Positions 1-11,127 of a stretch of DNA of 64,000 nucleotides are shown in pieces. Position numbers and translations under genes: made by a program. Below the pieces are notes generated by a model. The model saw only the letters and a program-made list of their open reading frames with translations, was not told the origin of the DNA and did no database searches. The stretch lies in assembly GCA_008690995.1 (NCBI GenBank), contig VRMN01000002.1, positions 930,001 through 994,000 of the forward strand. Direction: 5' to 3'. Origin of the DNA: Porphyridium purpureum (lineage: Eukaryota). Numbering within the stretch: position 1 is the first letter of the stretch; every line of letters begins with the position of its first letter.

Positions 1-8
1 TCTCTGGT

Positions 9-1130
9 ATGCTGCAGCTGGGCGGTGACAGAATGCCGCCGAGAAACATGAAAGGCGCACTGTCGCGCGCACACGAAGAAGAGCATCTGGTCACGCCGCA
101 AGGCGGCTCGGGCGCAGAAGGGCTGGGAGTGGATGGGATGATGGCGCACGAGGTGGAGGAGGAGCCGGCGCCGCTGGGCTCGCATCATCAAGTGGGGGTG
201 CCAAGCGGCGAGGAGGCCGCAGAGGCCGTGCTGGAAGCCGCCGTGGAGGCAGCGGCAGCGCAGGACGGAATCGGGGAGGTCGAAGGCATGACTCTTCCGG
301 ACAGAGACGTCGCGCATCCGCAGGACGTGCACACACACTACACGCCCGTGAAGAGCAGCGGCAACGCGGAAATGCCGCGAGCGAGGAGCTACACATTCCA
401 ATTGCAACACTGCAAGAAGTACGGCCTCCGCTTGAAAGAAAACGAAAATGGCTCATCGGAACCAGAACTGGTCGTATGCCGGTTTTGCGAAACCTTTGGT
501 CGCGAGCCGCAGGTGGTAGAAGGATCTTCTGTAGAGGCGGACGAAATCCTCAAGGCAAGTATGAAGCGCCGCAAAACAAGTCCGGAAGAGTTCAAGGCAA
601 ACAAATTTTATATCTCAAACGTATCTGCGCACATGCACAAGCAGCATCCCAAGAAATGGGCAGAGTACGACGCGGTGTGCCGGGCCGGAAATGAAGACCA
701 GATCAACCAATTTTTCAAGGTGCCGTCACACGTGCAAGAAAAGGCGCTCAAGGAGCCGTCGAAAGGCCCAAGAAGAAATTACACGTTTCAATGGCAGCAC
801 GCGATCCGTTTTGGTTTGCGAGTCAGGGCGCACCGCGAGACGGGTGAACCCGTCGCCGTGGTGTGTCGCTTTTGCGAATCGTTCGGACGGGACCCGATTA
901 TTACGCCTTCATCGGATGACCCGTCGGCTCCTCCAAAGGCGGCGAGAGGAAAGCGTCGACGCGCTGATGTCGAAGAGTTTCAACCAGACAAATTTTACGT
1001 GTCAAATGTGCGTATGCACATGAACAAAATACACGGTAAGAAGTGGGCCGAGTACGAGAAGCTTTTAGCGACGGCCAATGACAAGGCACTTCAGGATTTC
1101 TTCGTTGATGAGCCGCCGCAAGAGCTGTGA
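9..1130 (+). CDS. Protein with two tandem BED-like C2H2 zinc-finger repeats
   Basis: 373-aa ORF; internal duplication YTFQ.QH...(Y/F)GLR...VVCRFCE.FGR...KRR...EEF...KFY.SNV..HM.K.H.KKWAEY occurs twice (CxxC...Hx4H). Confidence 0.75.
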   Translation: MLQLGGDRMPPRNMKGALSRAHEEEHLVTPQGGSGAEGLGVDGMMAHEVEEEPAPLGSHHQVGVPSGEEAAEAVLEAAVEAAAAQDGIGEVEGMTLPDRDVAHPQDVHTHYTPVKSSGNAEMPRARSYTFQLQHCKKYGLRLKENENGSSEPELVVCRFCETFGREPQVVEGSSVEADEILKASMKRRKTSPEEFKANKFYISNVSAHMHKQHPKKWAEYDAVCRAGNEDQINQFFKVPSHVQEKALKEPSKGPRRNYTFQWQHAIRFGLRVRAHRETGEPVAVVCRFCESFGRDPIITPSSDDPSAPPKAARGKRRRADVEEFQPDKFYVSNVRMHMNKIHGKKWAEYEKLLATANDKALQDFFVDEPPQEL

Positions 1131-1785
1131 TGCTGAACAGTGGCAGCTTTTGAAATGTTTAGTCACAGTCAGGCATATTCGCTGGCTTCTGACGCAGCAT
1201 TGCAATCGCGATGGAGTTCAGGTACAACGTCCGTGCCTGCATCGCTGGTTCTACAAGAGATGAGGCGGTCCTTTCTTGCCAGTCTCTCGAGTTCAAACTA
1301 ATTTTGCATCAAGGCGTCGCTAGGAGTGGGCACCGGAGCGATCCGAGATATCGCTGCATGTTCCCCCCCTCGTGTAGGCATCTGCGGATCTGTAATCTTC
1401 TTCGTGAAGTATCAGGTTACGTTGCGGTCAAATACAGAGCAGGTCCTTGATAGGGCGCCTGACGTTCTTGTGCCGATGGCTGAAAAAAGGTTATCACGGT
1501 GTTAATATTGTACTCAGGCAAGGAACAAACGCACATGGCAGACTTTCTTTGAAGCGAACATCTGCTTTACGGGGCTGAGCACCTTGCCTTGACCCGGAAT
1601 ATTTCCGTGATCTCAAAAATGGTTCGGTCTATGTTTTATTTGAACACGGATGTTAGCCGCGCTCCTTTCTGATCATTGTACAGACGACGGTCCGTTCCCA
1701 CAAGTTTGGTAAATCGCCGGTCAATTTCCCTGCCGATTGCCCACCGATGCGAGGTATGGGAATCCGCGTCGAGGTCTGGCTATAT

Positions 1786-3336
1786 TTACACAAGGCCGCT
1801 GTCAAGCTCCGCGGGCTTGGTCAGGAGACGTATGATGTGCGCGTGGCTCAAGCGACCCGCCAACTTTATCAGGAGCCCTTCAATATCCGCATGTTTCCGC
1901 AACGACCCAGAAGTCTGGTCCACTTCGAAGTGCCGCATCCGCGGCAGTGCGTTCTCGAAAGGACTAAATAGTTTCATGATTACCGTTTGTTTCTCAGGGA
2001 CATCTGCGTGACGATTGATATCTGCATCACAATTGATGAGCAACTCAATCATATCTACAACTTGCCACGGCGTACGATCCTCTTGCCCCCATCGATGCCA
2101 TCTGCTCAAGAGCAGGTAGTCCAGCGGCGTGTCTCCACTTTCGTCAGGTTGATCAGCGGGAACGCCGGCGCGGATCAGCAAGTACGCACAACGCAAACTC
2201 TTCCAATCGCGGACACTGCCCTGTGCCGCAAAAGCACCAATAAATTTGTGCAAAGCCGTTTCGCCCCGCCTCGTGACAGCAGACGCGTCCGCGCCTTTTT
2301 TCAGCAGCAGACCAATGCATTCATTCCGCCAAACACCAGCACTTTCAGCGTCCTCAGACGCCGATACGGCGTAAAAAAGAGCATTCTCGCCCCGACTATC
2401 GATCTTATTGACCCATGCTCCATGTTCCAAGAGAACGTGCACGCATTCTAGGTGTCCGCTCCGAGTAGCATGCATTAGCGATGTCGTTCCGCACGCGCCT
2501 TCCGACGCATTCACATCCGCGCCGTGATCGACGAGCCGGCACACGCACGTGGTGTGCCCATTTGAAGCAGCAGCACCCAACGGCGTCCGCCCTAAAGCAG
2601 TCGTCGCGTGTACCATTGCACCATGCTCGATCAAAAGTCGGACACACTCGTCATGGCCAAACTCGGCCGCCATCATCAAAGCTGTTTGGCCTTGCTCGTC
2701 CGCCGCGTTCACATTTGCGTCATGCTCCATGAGCAAACTCAGACACGAATCGTGTCCTTTTCGAGCAGCGCTCATTAAAGCCGTCCTCCCCCTTCCAGTC
2801 ACCGAGTTCACATCCGCGCCATGCTGGATCAACAAACTCACGCAGACGTGGTTCCCATACGACGCAGCACTCATCAAGGCCGTCTCGCCGTGTATTGAAT
2901 CCCCGATATTCACGGAAGCCCCAAACTTCACGAGGTGAGAGAGACACGTGCTCTGTCCATACGCAGCAGCATGCATTAATGCTGTTTTCCCGAAGCAATC
3001 TGCATCGTCCACGTGCGCTCCATGTTCGATCAGCAAGCAAACACATGCGCCATTGCCATGTCTTGCGGCATAGATGAGAGCCGTTCTTCTGTACGGACAG
3101 CGGGCGTTGACGTCCCCTCCATGCTCAATCAGAACACGAAGGCACGCGACGCTGCCTTGCAAGGCTGCTAGCGCTGTCGGCGACAACCCGTCGCCATTGG
3201 CTTCGTCCACGGGGCAACCGACATGTAGCAGTAGCTTCACGTCGCTGTCGCACCCATATTTAGCTGCGACACAAAGCAGAGGCTCGCCTGCACATGCGCC
3301 CCATCCCGCTCGCGGCGCACCCTTGCTCGCCTTCAT
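1786..3336 (-). CDS. Ankyrin repeat protein (paralogue 1)
   Basis: About 10 repeats of G.TAL..AA..G...CV.LL..HGA.VN; first ATG at 3336 (ORF track starts at TTG 3342). Confidence 0.9.
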   Translation of the reverse strand: MKASKGAPRAGWGACAGEPLLCVAAKYGCDSDVKLLLHVGCPVDEANGDGLSPTALAALQGSVACLRVLIEHGGDVNARCPYRRTALIYAARHGNGACVCLLIEHGAHVDDADCFGKTALMHAAAYGQSTCLSHLVKFGASVNIGDSIHGETALMSAASYGNHVCVSLLIQHGADVNSVTGRGRTALMSAARKGHDSCLSLLMEHDANVNAADEQGQTALMMAAEFGHDECVRLLIEHGAMVHATTALGRTPLGAAASNGHTTCVCRLVDHGADVNASEGACGTTSLMHATRSGHLECVHVLLEHGAWVNKIDSRGENALFYAVSASEDAESAGVWRNECIGLLLKKGADASAVTRRGETALHKFIGAFAAQGSVRDWKSLRCAYLLIRAGVPADQPDESGDTPLDYLLLSRWHRWGQEDRTPWQVVDMIELLINCDADINRHADVPEKQTVIMKLFSPFENALPRMRHFEVDQTSGSLRKHADIEGLLIKLAGRLSHAHIIRLLTKPAELDSGLV

Positions 3337-3718
3337 CCGCAATGGCCGAGATCACACAGCACGAGTGCCACGCGTACCTCGGCGCAAATCGAATCTCAGG
3401 ATGTCACGCTGTGGAGGGAAGACGAGCGAAGGTAGGGAGTCGGGACAGTGTTTGTGCGAGATGTTCAAGGCTGGATGCTCGGACCAGGTCAGAAGCGTCG
3501 AACATACGCAGCACGAGTTGTACGTCGGGGTTGTTAGGGAGACCTAAAGTGCAGAACAATTTTGCGCGGGGAGCGTGTTCAATCGGGCGGGTCGGGAAAC
3601 AGGAAGTTTGGACGCGCATTCAGTCTGCTCAGTTTCTGTATGTTGCAGTCCATGCACCATCAAGAAGATCGCTGATCTCGCACATTGAGCCGGAAGGTAA
3701 AACACGTTTGCCTTCAGC

Positions 3719-5002
3719 ATGTCTACGGGTGGTGAATCTCTCCTGTGCGTCGCGGTGGAAACAGGAAATGAGGCCGAGGTGGAGCGTCTGTTGCAACGTG
3801 GGTACCCGATTGAAGAGGGAGGTGTTCCGGGTAGAACTCCGGCCTTTTTAGCGGCAGCAGACGGGAACCTTGCCTGCCTTCGTCTTCTGATCAAATATGG
3901 CGCAAATGTGGACGCAGGGGATCAGTGGTGGGGGCGAACCCCACTGATGGCTGCTGCTCGGACACGGCAAAACTCATGCATGCGTCTCCTGATTGAGCAC
4001 GGCGCAGACGTGAATATTGCTGACTTCTCGGGGAAAACCGCCTTGATCTTTGCCACCGACTTTGGCGATGGAGAGTGCGTTCGCACGCTCATTGAGTGTG
4101 GGGCGGATGTGAATGTTGCTGACGACGACAGCAGGACGCCTTTGATTCATGCTGCTGCAAAGGGTTGTGACGCCTGCGTTCGCGTGTTGTTGCAGCATGG
4201 CGCAGATGTAAATGTGAAGGGAGATGCGGGATGGACAGCCTTGATAAAAGCTGCCGAAAAGGGACTTGGGTCCTGCGCCCGGCTTCTGATCGAGCACGGA
4301 GCGGATGTAAACGCCACTACGGATTATGGCTGGACTGCGTTGATGTATGCTGTTTGGAATGGGCTTGATTCAGCTGTGAATTTCCTGCTCGAGCACAGCG
4401 CCCGCGTCGACATGACTGACCGCTTCGGGGTGACTGCCCTCCACCTCGCAGCGCAGAAAGCCCGCTCGAGGTGCGTTCGTTCTTTGTTGAAATATGGTGC
4501 CGATGGAAATGCAGAAGCAAAGGACGGAATGACAGCTTTGCACAAGCTTGCTTTGAAGGAATGGTGCTTCAGCCGGGCATGGGAGAGCCTCGTCGTCGCT
4601 CAGCTTTTAATCAGTCACGGCGTCGCTGTGGACCGACGTGACGGACACGGGAATACGGCTCTGGACTTGCTCCTGACTTTGAAGCAGTCTTTTCAGATGA
4701 GTGACGGTCCAAATCAGTGTCTGGTGGATTTGTTTGAGCTGCTTGTCCGAGGCGGCTCGGACGTCAATCGGCACGTGAACGACATTGAGAAGCCAACTGC
4801 GTTTATGAAGCTCTTGAATGTTTTGGAGTACGAAAAGGAAGTGCATCTTGGACGGGTGGAGTATGACATTGAAGGCTTGCTCGTTATAAATATCGGTCGG
4901 GTGAACAAGGCCCATATCGTGCGTCTCCTGTTCGAGTATTCTGCAAATGGCGGTGATGGATTTGATTCTCTCAGTTTGCTTGAAGAGGACAACGGGAATT
5001 GA
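3719..5002 (+). CDS. Ankyrin repeat protein (paralogue 2)
   Basis: 427 aa, repeated TPL/TAL..AA...LL.HGADVN units; C-terminus similar to paralogue 1. Confidence 0.9.
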   Translation: MSTGGESLLCVAVETGNEAEVERLLQRGYPIEEGGVPGRTPAFLAAADGNLACLRLLIKYGANVDAGDQWWGRTPLMAAARTRQNSCMRLLIEHGADVNIADFSGKTALIFATDFGDGECVRTLIECGADVNVADDDSRTPLIHAAAKGCDACVRVLLQHGADVNVKGDAGWTALIKAAEKGLGSCARLLIEHGADVNATTDYGWTALMYAVWNGLDSAVNFLLEHSARVDMTDRFGVTALHLAAQKARSRCVRSLLKYGADGNAEAKDGMTALHKLALKEWCFSRAWESLVVAQLLISHGVAVDRRDGHGNTALDLLLTLKQSFQMSDGPNQCLVDLFELLVRGGSDVNRHVNDIEKPTAFMKLLNVLEYEKEVHLGRVEYDIEGLLVINIGRVNKAHIVRLLFEYSANGGDGFDSLSLLEEDNGN

Positions 5003-5235
5003 GACCCGTGTCTGAATGAACCAATTTCCAGGTACGAAACAGACAGGCAAGACACGGATTTGCACGCTTCGAGCATTTCAGCAGCTGATTGAGCGGAGAC
5101 GCATCTGTGGGATGGACACACTTGTAGCGCTGCGGATTCCGGCACCAAGCCCGTTTGCAAGGGGTGCGTGTCTATGATTAGCCGCAGAAACAGTGTGACT
5201 TTCATTCTGGCGAGGTTCGCTTTTCTACCACCTGT

Positions 5236-6489
5236 CTAGACTTGCAGTACATCTTGAAAGAGTCGCCGCATGTGATCGTGAGATATTCGCGCACGATGGT
5301 TCAAAATAAACTCCTCTGCACTCTCCGGATGCGCTCGAGCAAAGACCATCAAAGGTGTGGGACATCCGAACTGTTCTGCACCGGTGTTAATGTTCGCACC
5401 GCATCGGACTAAAAAGGACAAAAGGAGTTGCGCCATGTGCGCGGAACTCCTCCATGCGGTCACGGCAAGATGCATCGGAGTCTCACCGCGTGAATCGACA
5501 AAGTCCGCGGACAGCCCGTACTGAGTGAAAAGTTGAATGAGATCAGACGCGTCACGCATGCTTGCGGCTGAAAGATCGTAGGAGAGCAGCATATGCAACG
5601 CAGTCCTACCAGTGGAATCTGTGGCCCACGCGCTCGCTCCAAGCTTCAACAGACGCAGGCACGGATCACGCCCTTCAGGCACGGCTTCGAGCAAAGCTGT
5701 ATGGCCAGAAGAGGTAGTCCGTTCTTCTAAATCAGCGCCGTGCTCCATTAGGATCTTCACACACTCCGTCGAGCCCCAAAGACCCGCATTCATTAGTGGC
5801 GTGCGCCCTTGACGGTCTCGCGCATCAAGATCCGCACCACGCTCGAGCAAAATCTGAACGAAAGTCTTCTGATCGCTTTCCGCGGCAAGCGCGAGGAGTG
5901 TCTTGCCGGCTTGGTCCCTCATCTCCACGCTCGCCACATGCTCAATGAGCAATCGAAAGCACGACTCGTGCTGCTTCTCTAACGCTAGCACTACCGCCGA
6001 ACGACCGTATCGATCTGCACATTCAATGGCAGCGCCGTGCTCTAGCAGTAATTGGAGACACTCTTTACGGCCCCACTTCGCCGCAAGATGGAGCGCCGTC
6101 TGCCCCTTGTCATTCTTCACGTCCAGTAGCGGGCGATGTCTCAGCAACTCATCTAAGCAGTCCTTTTGATCGAATTTAGCAGCAAGCATGACCAACGTCC
6201 ATCCCGTCATCGGATCAACCATGTCTAAATCCACGCCATGACGCGCCAACTCGCGCAGAATCCGAACGCGCCCATGCCTCACCGCGTCCCACAGCGCCTC
6301 AAACACGCCCATCCTGACTGCGTCCTGTCCCACGTCGCGCTCGGCAGCCTGCTCATACTTCATACATTCTCTCACACCACGCACATCACCGCGCGCGATG
6401 CACGCACGCATTTCTGTGGCCCAGACGCTTTCCATGCGCGTGCTTGCAGCCACGCCGCGACGCCGCGACGCCGCGGTTGCGCAGCTCAT
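5236..6489 (-). CDS. Ankyrin repeat protein (paralogue 3)
   Basis: GQTALHLAAKWGRKECLQLLLEHGA etc.; first in-frame ATG 6489 (alternative 6435). Confidence 0.88.
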   Translation of the reverse strand: MSCATAASRRRGVAASTRMESVWATEMRACIARGDVRGVRECMKYEQAAERDVGQDAVRMGVFEALWDAVRHGRVRILRELARHGVDLDMVDPMTGWTLVMLAAKFDQKDCLDELLRHRPLLDVKNDKGQTALHLAAKWGRKECLQLLLEHGAAIECADRYGRSAVVLALEKQHESCFRLLIEHVASVEMRDQAGKTLLALAAESDQKTFVQILLERGADLDARDRQGRTPLMNAGLWGSTECVKILMEHGADLEERTTSSGHTALLEAVPEGRDPCLRLLKLGASAWATDSTGRTALHMLLSYDLSAASMRDASDLIQLFTQYGLSADFVDSRGETPMHLAVTAWRSSAHMAQLLLSFLVRCGANINTGAEQFGCPTPLMVFARAHPESAEEFILNHRARISHDHMRRLFQDVLQV

Positions 6490-6676
6490 ACGCGTCGCCG
6501 CCACCGCTCGTCTTCGCGCGTTCCCGCGTCCGTGGTCCACTGTTTCCGGATTTTCATATAAAACTGCGCTTGTTTCTCTGTGAAACCACCGAGAAACCGA
6601 AAGTTGGCGTGCGTGCCAAACGGTGTGCGTGTCGCGCGCGGTTGTGCGTCACGCGGCGAGAGGTATTGTGGGCGAG

Positions 6677-8242
6677 ATGGACAATGTGATTGGAGAGCTG
6701 GAGGATGCGGTGGCCGAGCGCATCAGGGTCGAGCGGTTGCAGTTTGCGATCCGCGAGCGCGCGAGCGAGCGCGCGGTGGTGGCGGCGACGGTGGAGGCGC
6801 AGCGCCACAGCGAGTTGAGAGAGGCAGCGGAGAATGAGGCAAAGAAGGTGGAGGCGTTGTTGCTCGAGTCGGGTGAGAATGCGCAGCAGCATGAAGAGGA
6901 TAGGAGGCAGCTGAAGCAGGCAAACGCTGCGCTCAGTGCGACGCAGGAGCGGTTGAAGCGGGTCGAGACCGAAGCGCAGCAAATGCGGGAAATGGTCGAT
7001 AAGCGGCACGATGAAAACATCAAGTTGTCTGCGCAGTTGAAGGATGTGTCCAATCAGCTGGTCGAGTTACTGCATTACAAGGCGGACGCCAACCACGCGC
7101 TGTCACAGGCAGCGTTGGCGGCAGTGCGGACTGCTGGTGAGTTTGCACAGGCGAAGCCTAGGCTGGAGGACTTGGAAAGAAGGCTCGCGTTTGTCGAGAG
7201 CGAGCGCTCAAAACTATTTGAACAGTTTACAGAAAGCACAGCTCGCGAAAAGATGCTCGAGTCTAAACAAGCCATCGAGCGGCAAGTGTTGGAAGACGAG
7301 CTAGCGAGTGTGAAGCGCGATTTGACCGACGCGCAAAAGCAGAAGAACCATGCCGTGCAGGAAGCTTCTACCCTACAAGTCCAGCTTAGTGACCTTAAGC
7401 ATGCAAAGTCACAGGCCGAACTGATCGCAAAACGTGAGCTAGGGCAATTGGAGGAACTTTGTGAATTGTACAAGGCAACAATTAGCGAGTCGGAGGCCAC
7501 GTGTGCGAGACTAGAAAAGGAGCTGAAAGAGGCCATGGACAAGCAACCGGACTTTGAGAGCATTCCCTTTTCGGCAAGGGCGTTGTCATCACGTAAGCGT
7601 GCTCGAATGGAGGGCGCCGCACAGTCGCTCCAGTCGCCGGCCGAAGCGCGTGACGGGCGTAGAGACGAAGACGCCGAGGATGGGTTCCTGCGGCGTCGCA
7701 GGCCCGAGTTGGATGAGCTTGAAAGTCTTCTTGAACGGGAAACTGCGAAGCGAGCAAGCGCCGAATCAATGCTGCGACTCGTACAGGTAGAATTGGAAAC
7801 GTCTGCGTCGATGCTGGAAAAGCAGTCGTCCAAGTACGATGCTGCGCTTCGAAATGAGTCTCGACTGGCTATTCAGCTGCAAGCTATGAGGCGCGAACGC
7901 GAGAATGCAGTCGAAATTGCGCGGCAAGGCGAAATTCGGGTGGATCAGGCCGAAAGGCGCATCGCACAGCTCGAGCATCGATGTGCGGATCTTGAAGCTC
8001 AGATTGAGACGCGATACCGTGCGGAAGCGGCCCGCGCGCCGCCAATGAGCGGTAGTGTACTTCGCCCATCCCGCGGTCTAGCGTCGAGTCCCCGCACGCC
8101 GACTTCTGTCCCCGCGTTGCGCTTTGGATCTGGAGTCGATCCAGCAGATGAGAGTGTTTCGTTGCAGAAAAAACAGGAAGAGCTAGTAGCGACTCTGCTA
8201 GCGCAGCGCGATGCATACAAGGACCTGATGAAAAGCTCGTAA
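6677..8242 (+). CDS. Coiled-coil protein, possibly TPR/Mlp1/NUA N-terminal-like
   Basis: Long heptad-rich ORF; EL..LEELCELYK and terminal L.AQRDAYKDL resemble TPR/Mlp motifs; ATG at 6677. Confidence 0.6.
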   Translation: MDNVIGELEDAVAERIRVERLQFAIRERASERAVVAATVEAQRHSELREAAENEAKKVEALLLESGENAQQHEEDRRQLKQANAALSATQERLKRVETEAQQMREMVDKRHDENIKLSAQLKDVSNQLVELLHYKADANHALSQAALAAVRTAGEFAQAKPRLEDLERRLAFVESERSKLFEQFTESTAREKMLESKQAIERQVLEDELASVKRDLTDAQKQKNHAVQEASTLQVQLSDLKHAKSQAELIAKRELGQLEELCELYKATISESEATCARLEKELKEAMDKQPDFESIPFSARALSSRKRARMEGAAQSLQSPAEARDGRRDEDAEDGFLRRRRPELDELESLLERETAKRASAESMLRLVQVELETSASMLEKQSSKYDAALRNESRLAIQLQAMRRERENAVEIARQGEIRVDQAERRIAQLEHRCADLEAQIETRYRAEAARAPPMSGSVLRPSRGLASSPRTPTSVPALRFGSGVDPADESVSLQKKQEELVATLLAQRDAYKDLMKSS

Positions 8243-8718
8243 AACGCTTGCTTTCAGGCGCGACACTCCTTGCAATGTTTGGACGGTAAAAGTAGGCCGA
8301 TTTTCTGTTCACAGGATCCTAAGGCCTTGCTCGTCATGCGCAAGAAGGGAGCAAAAAGCTTCCTAGTGGAGGATTAGAATCTACTCGTGGAGGCTGCGCG
8401 TCAAGGTTCTCAGAGACTCGTAATGGGACCTCGGCAATCCCACCACGAAGGCTAGAGCGTGGTCCCCGCGTATCTGTGGATAGTGGCACGCAGAATGCAA
8501 AATGAATATACCTCCCATCACGGCTAGGCTATTTCACCTTCCCCGTCTGTCTCCTCAGCAGTCATTTCTCGCTTCGGCGCAGAATCAAAAGCTGTGAGTG
8601 CGAACCGCAAGCGATCTGCAGTGAGCAAGATGGTTATTCCACGGGCAAGTCCAGCTGCGTGCTGGTGGTTGGTTCTGAATGATATCGCTAAAGGCGTTTA
8701 AGGTCCCCTGCGCTTTCC

Positions 8719-10293
8719 TCAAGCCCCACCGTTCATATGACGAATGTGACCTGTGGCGGCCTCTGCCTTATAAACATCAGCGCGCATCAAGTATACCACA
8801 AGCCTGCTATACGCCACGAATGCGATGAGCGTAACAATAACCGTACTCTGCACAAAAAGTCTATGTCCCAGATCCGCGTGCTTTGACGACAGGATGGTTT
8901 GCATGACATCCAGGTCATTCAAACTTTGCAGAACAAGCACCACATTCACGGCGATGCAAATGGCCACGATGGCCCACCCGAGCACCCGTTCTGCACCTTT
9001 CAAGGCAAAGCTCCCCATGATAGCTGGACTCTCAGCGAAGCGAAGCAACGGAATCGAGACCAGCGGAAGTTGAATGGACACCACAAGCTGCGTGGCCACA
9101 ATGAGCTTGTCGGCGGATGCCTCGCCCGCCCACAATGCGGCTCCCAAGGCAGGGAGAATTGCTGTACCCCGAGTGAGTAAATTGACGATCCACGAGCTCT
9201 TCGTATTCCCGCGATTGAGCCCGAAAAACCCCTCCACGATGAGCTGGCTTGCGTACGTACCCGTGACCGTTGCGGCATGTCCAGAGCACAAAAGGGCAAT
9301 CGCCCACGCTGTGGGTGCCACATTCTGATATTTGCTCAAAACCTCTCCCAACAAGACGGATGCGTCCTGAAGCCCAACATTTGCGAATCTGGCTTCAGCA
9401 TTGTGTGGGAACAACTTGGCTGCTGCCACAGCGACGACAGCAATGTTGATCACAAGAGAAACCGCCAGGGCAACGAATGACTCAAGGCTGGCGTACCGAA
9501 TCTTCTTCTTGATTTCGCTGCGTGTCTGTAAGTGGTGGTCGCTTCCGAGTCGCGTAAGAATTAGACCAGAGTGCAAAAACAAGTTGTGGCCCATGACCAC
9601 ACTGCCCAAGATACTGACTAGAAAGAACCAAGCATTTCCGTCTGGCACTGAAGGCACCACGGCTCCGATCGCAATCCCTGGCACTGACGGGCGCGCAAGG
9701 TACAACTCTAACACGAAACAAAGACCGAGCACGGCCAGTCCTGCCTCAATGACCGCCTCGACCTTTTTCGCGCCCCATTTCTGCAACAGCAAGATGAGCA
9801 ATGTGTCGAGCGCCGAAATGCAGCAACCGAGCGGCAGAGGAATGTTGAACAGAATCCGCAGCGCCATGGCAGTGCCAATTACCTCGGCAACATCAAAGCT
9901 CACCACGCCAAGTTGCGAAATCACGAAGAGCACCATCCTCGGGGCGGTCGAGTACTGCTCACGGCAGTGCTCTGCTAGATGTTTTCCTGTGACGAGTCCG
10001 AGCCTCGCGGCCAAGACCTGCATCCACAGCGCAATGGCGGTTGTCCATACCAGCACCCACACCAGTTTATACTCGTACAACGTGCCGACCTGCAAATCAC
10101 ACTCCAGATTCCCCGGGTCCAGAAAGGCGACCGCTGTAATCCACGACACGCCCGAGAACGTCAGCCACTCGCTCCAATTAAACGGCACGTACGCGTCGCA
10201 CACTGGGCAGTCGCACAGCTCTGACCCATCGCGGACACAGGGCTTGTTCTCTGCGCGTCCCAACAGCGCGCGCTCTTCTTCCACAGACCCCAT
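8719..10293 (-). CDS. NRAMP: NRAMP/MntH family divalent metal transporter
   Basis: AFLDPGN, VMGHNLFLHS and GTYASQLIVEGF motifs; multiple hydrophobic helices. Confidence 0.93.
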   Translation of the reverse strand: MGSVEEERALLGRAENKPCVRDGSELCDCPVCDAYVPFNWSEWLTFSGVSWITAVAFLDPGNLECDLQVGTLYEYKLVWVLVWTTAIALWMQVLAARLGLVTGKHLAEHCREQYSTAPRMVLFVISQLGVVSFDVAEVIGTAMALRILFNIPLPLGCCISALDTLLILLLQKWGAKKVEAVIEAGLAVLGLCFVLELYLARPSVPGIAIGAVVPSVPDGNAWFFLVSILGSVVMGHNLFLHSGLILTRLGSDHHLQTRSEIKKKIRYASLESFVALAVSLVINIAVVAVAAAKLFPHNAEARFANVGLQDASVLLGEVLSKYQNVAPTAWAIALLCSGHAATVTGTYASQLIVEGFFGLNRGNTKSSWIVNLLTRGTAILPALGAALWAGEASADKLIVATQLVVSIQLPLVSIPLLRFAESPAIMGSFALKGAERVLGWAIVAICIAVNVVLVLQSLNDLDVMQTILSSKHADLGHRLFVQSTVIVTLIAFVAYSRLVVYLMRADVYKAEAATGHIRHMNGGA

Positions 10294-11127
10294 CTTATCG
10301 TCGCGTTCATTCAGGCGCCCCGCTCAAGCTTCTCAAGGTCCGTCCTGTCTTCCACACACGCCGCCGTCAACCTCGTTCAGATAACGGTTTACGCCTTTCG
10401 CTTGGCCGATGACCGATAAGACCAACTGCACACCCACTGTACCTTACCAAAACCTCCCGATTTAGCGCGGCGAACGTGTAGTGTACAGTGACCGTCAAGC
10501 GCGTGCGCGTCACGCACATGCGGAAACAACGCGTTTAGTACTAAACTGGCGGTGTTTTAGAGGCACATCTTAGATTAAACGTCTGATGAAAAAAGGCATC
10601 GACAAAGTCCAGATGTACACCGAAGTACACTAGGTGAAGTTTCCAATTCCCTTTATGTCCGCGCTGGATGAATGCTTGGGATACCGCGGGTCTCTATCTA
10701 AATGCGTGGTTTTTAGAGGAGATCGAGCACGCGTGCGCAGGGAAAGAGGGGGATGAAGTGATTCACTTTTTTATTCAAAGCATGAGTGGTTGCGATTTTG
10801 GTTGCGGTGGTAGAAAGAGAAAAAGGGAGAAAGGAGTAGAGAGACAGAGAGAAAGGGAGAGGGGGAGAGAGTAGGGAAAGGGGGAAAGACTGACGCGTGT
10901 GTGCGATATGGTGCGTCGTGGAGTGTGTGGATGAGAGAGTGTGCGAGTGTGTGTGTGCATGGCGGGTGCGGGTGTATGTTTGCGTGGAGCGGGGTAGTGC
11001 GTTGTGGCGGATGGTGGGGTAGCGGTGTGCGGTGGTGGGTGATGCTGCGTGGGAAGCTCGGCCGAGAAGAGGTCGGTGGACGACTGGCGGGTGAGGAGGG
11101 AGCGCGAAGCAGCCGCCAGGGTAGGAC

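Noticed and set aside
9401..10384. Long antisense/overlapping ORFs (also 10713-11630, 35938-37104, 43129-44244)
   Set aside because: Shadows of real genes or low-complexity GC-rich leaders; no recognisable motifs.
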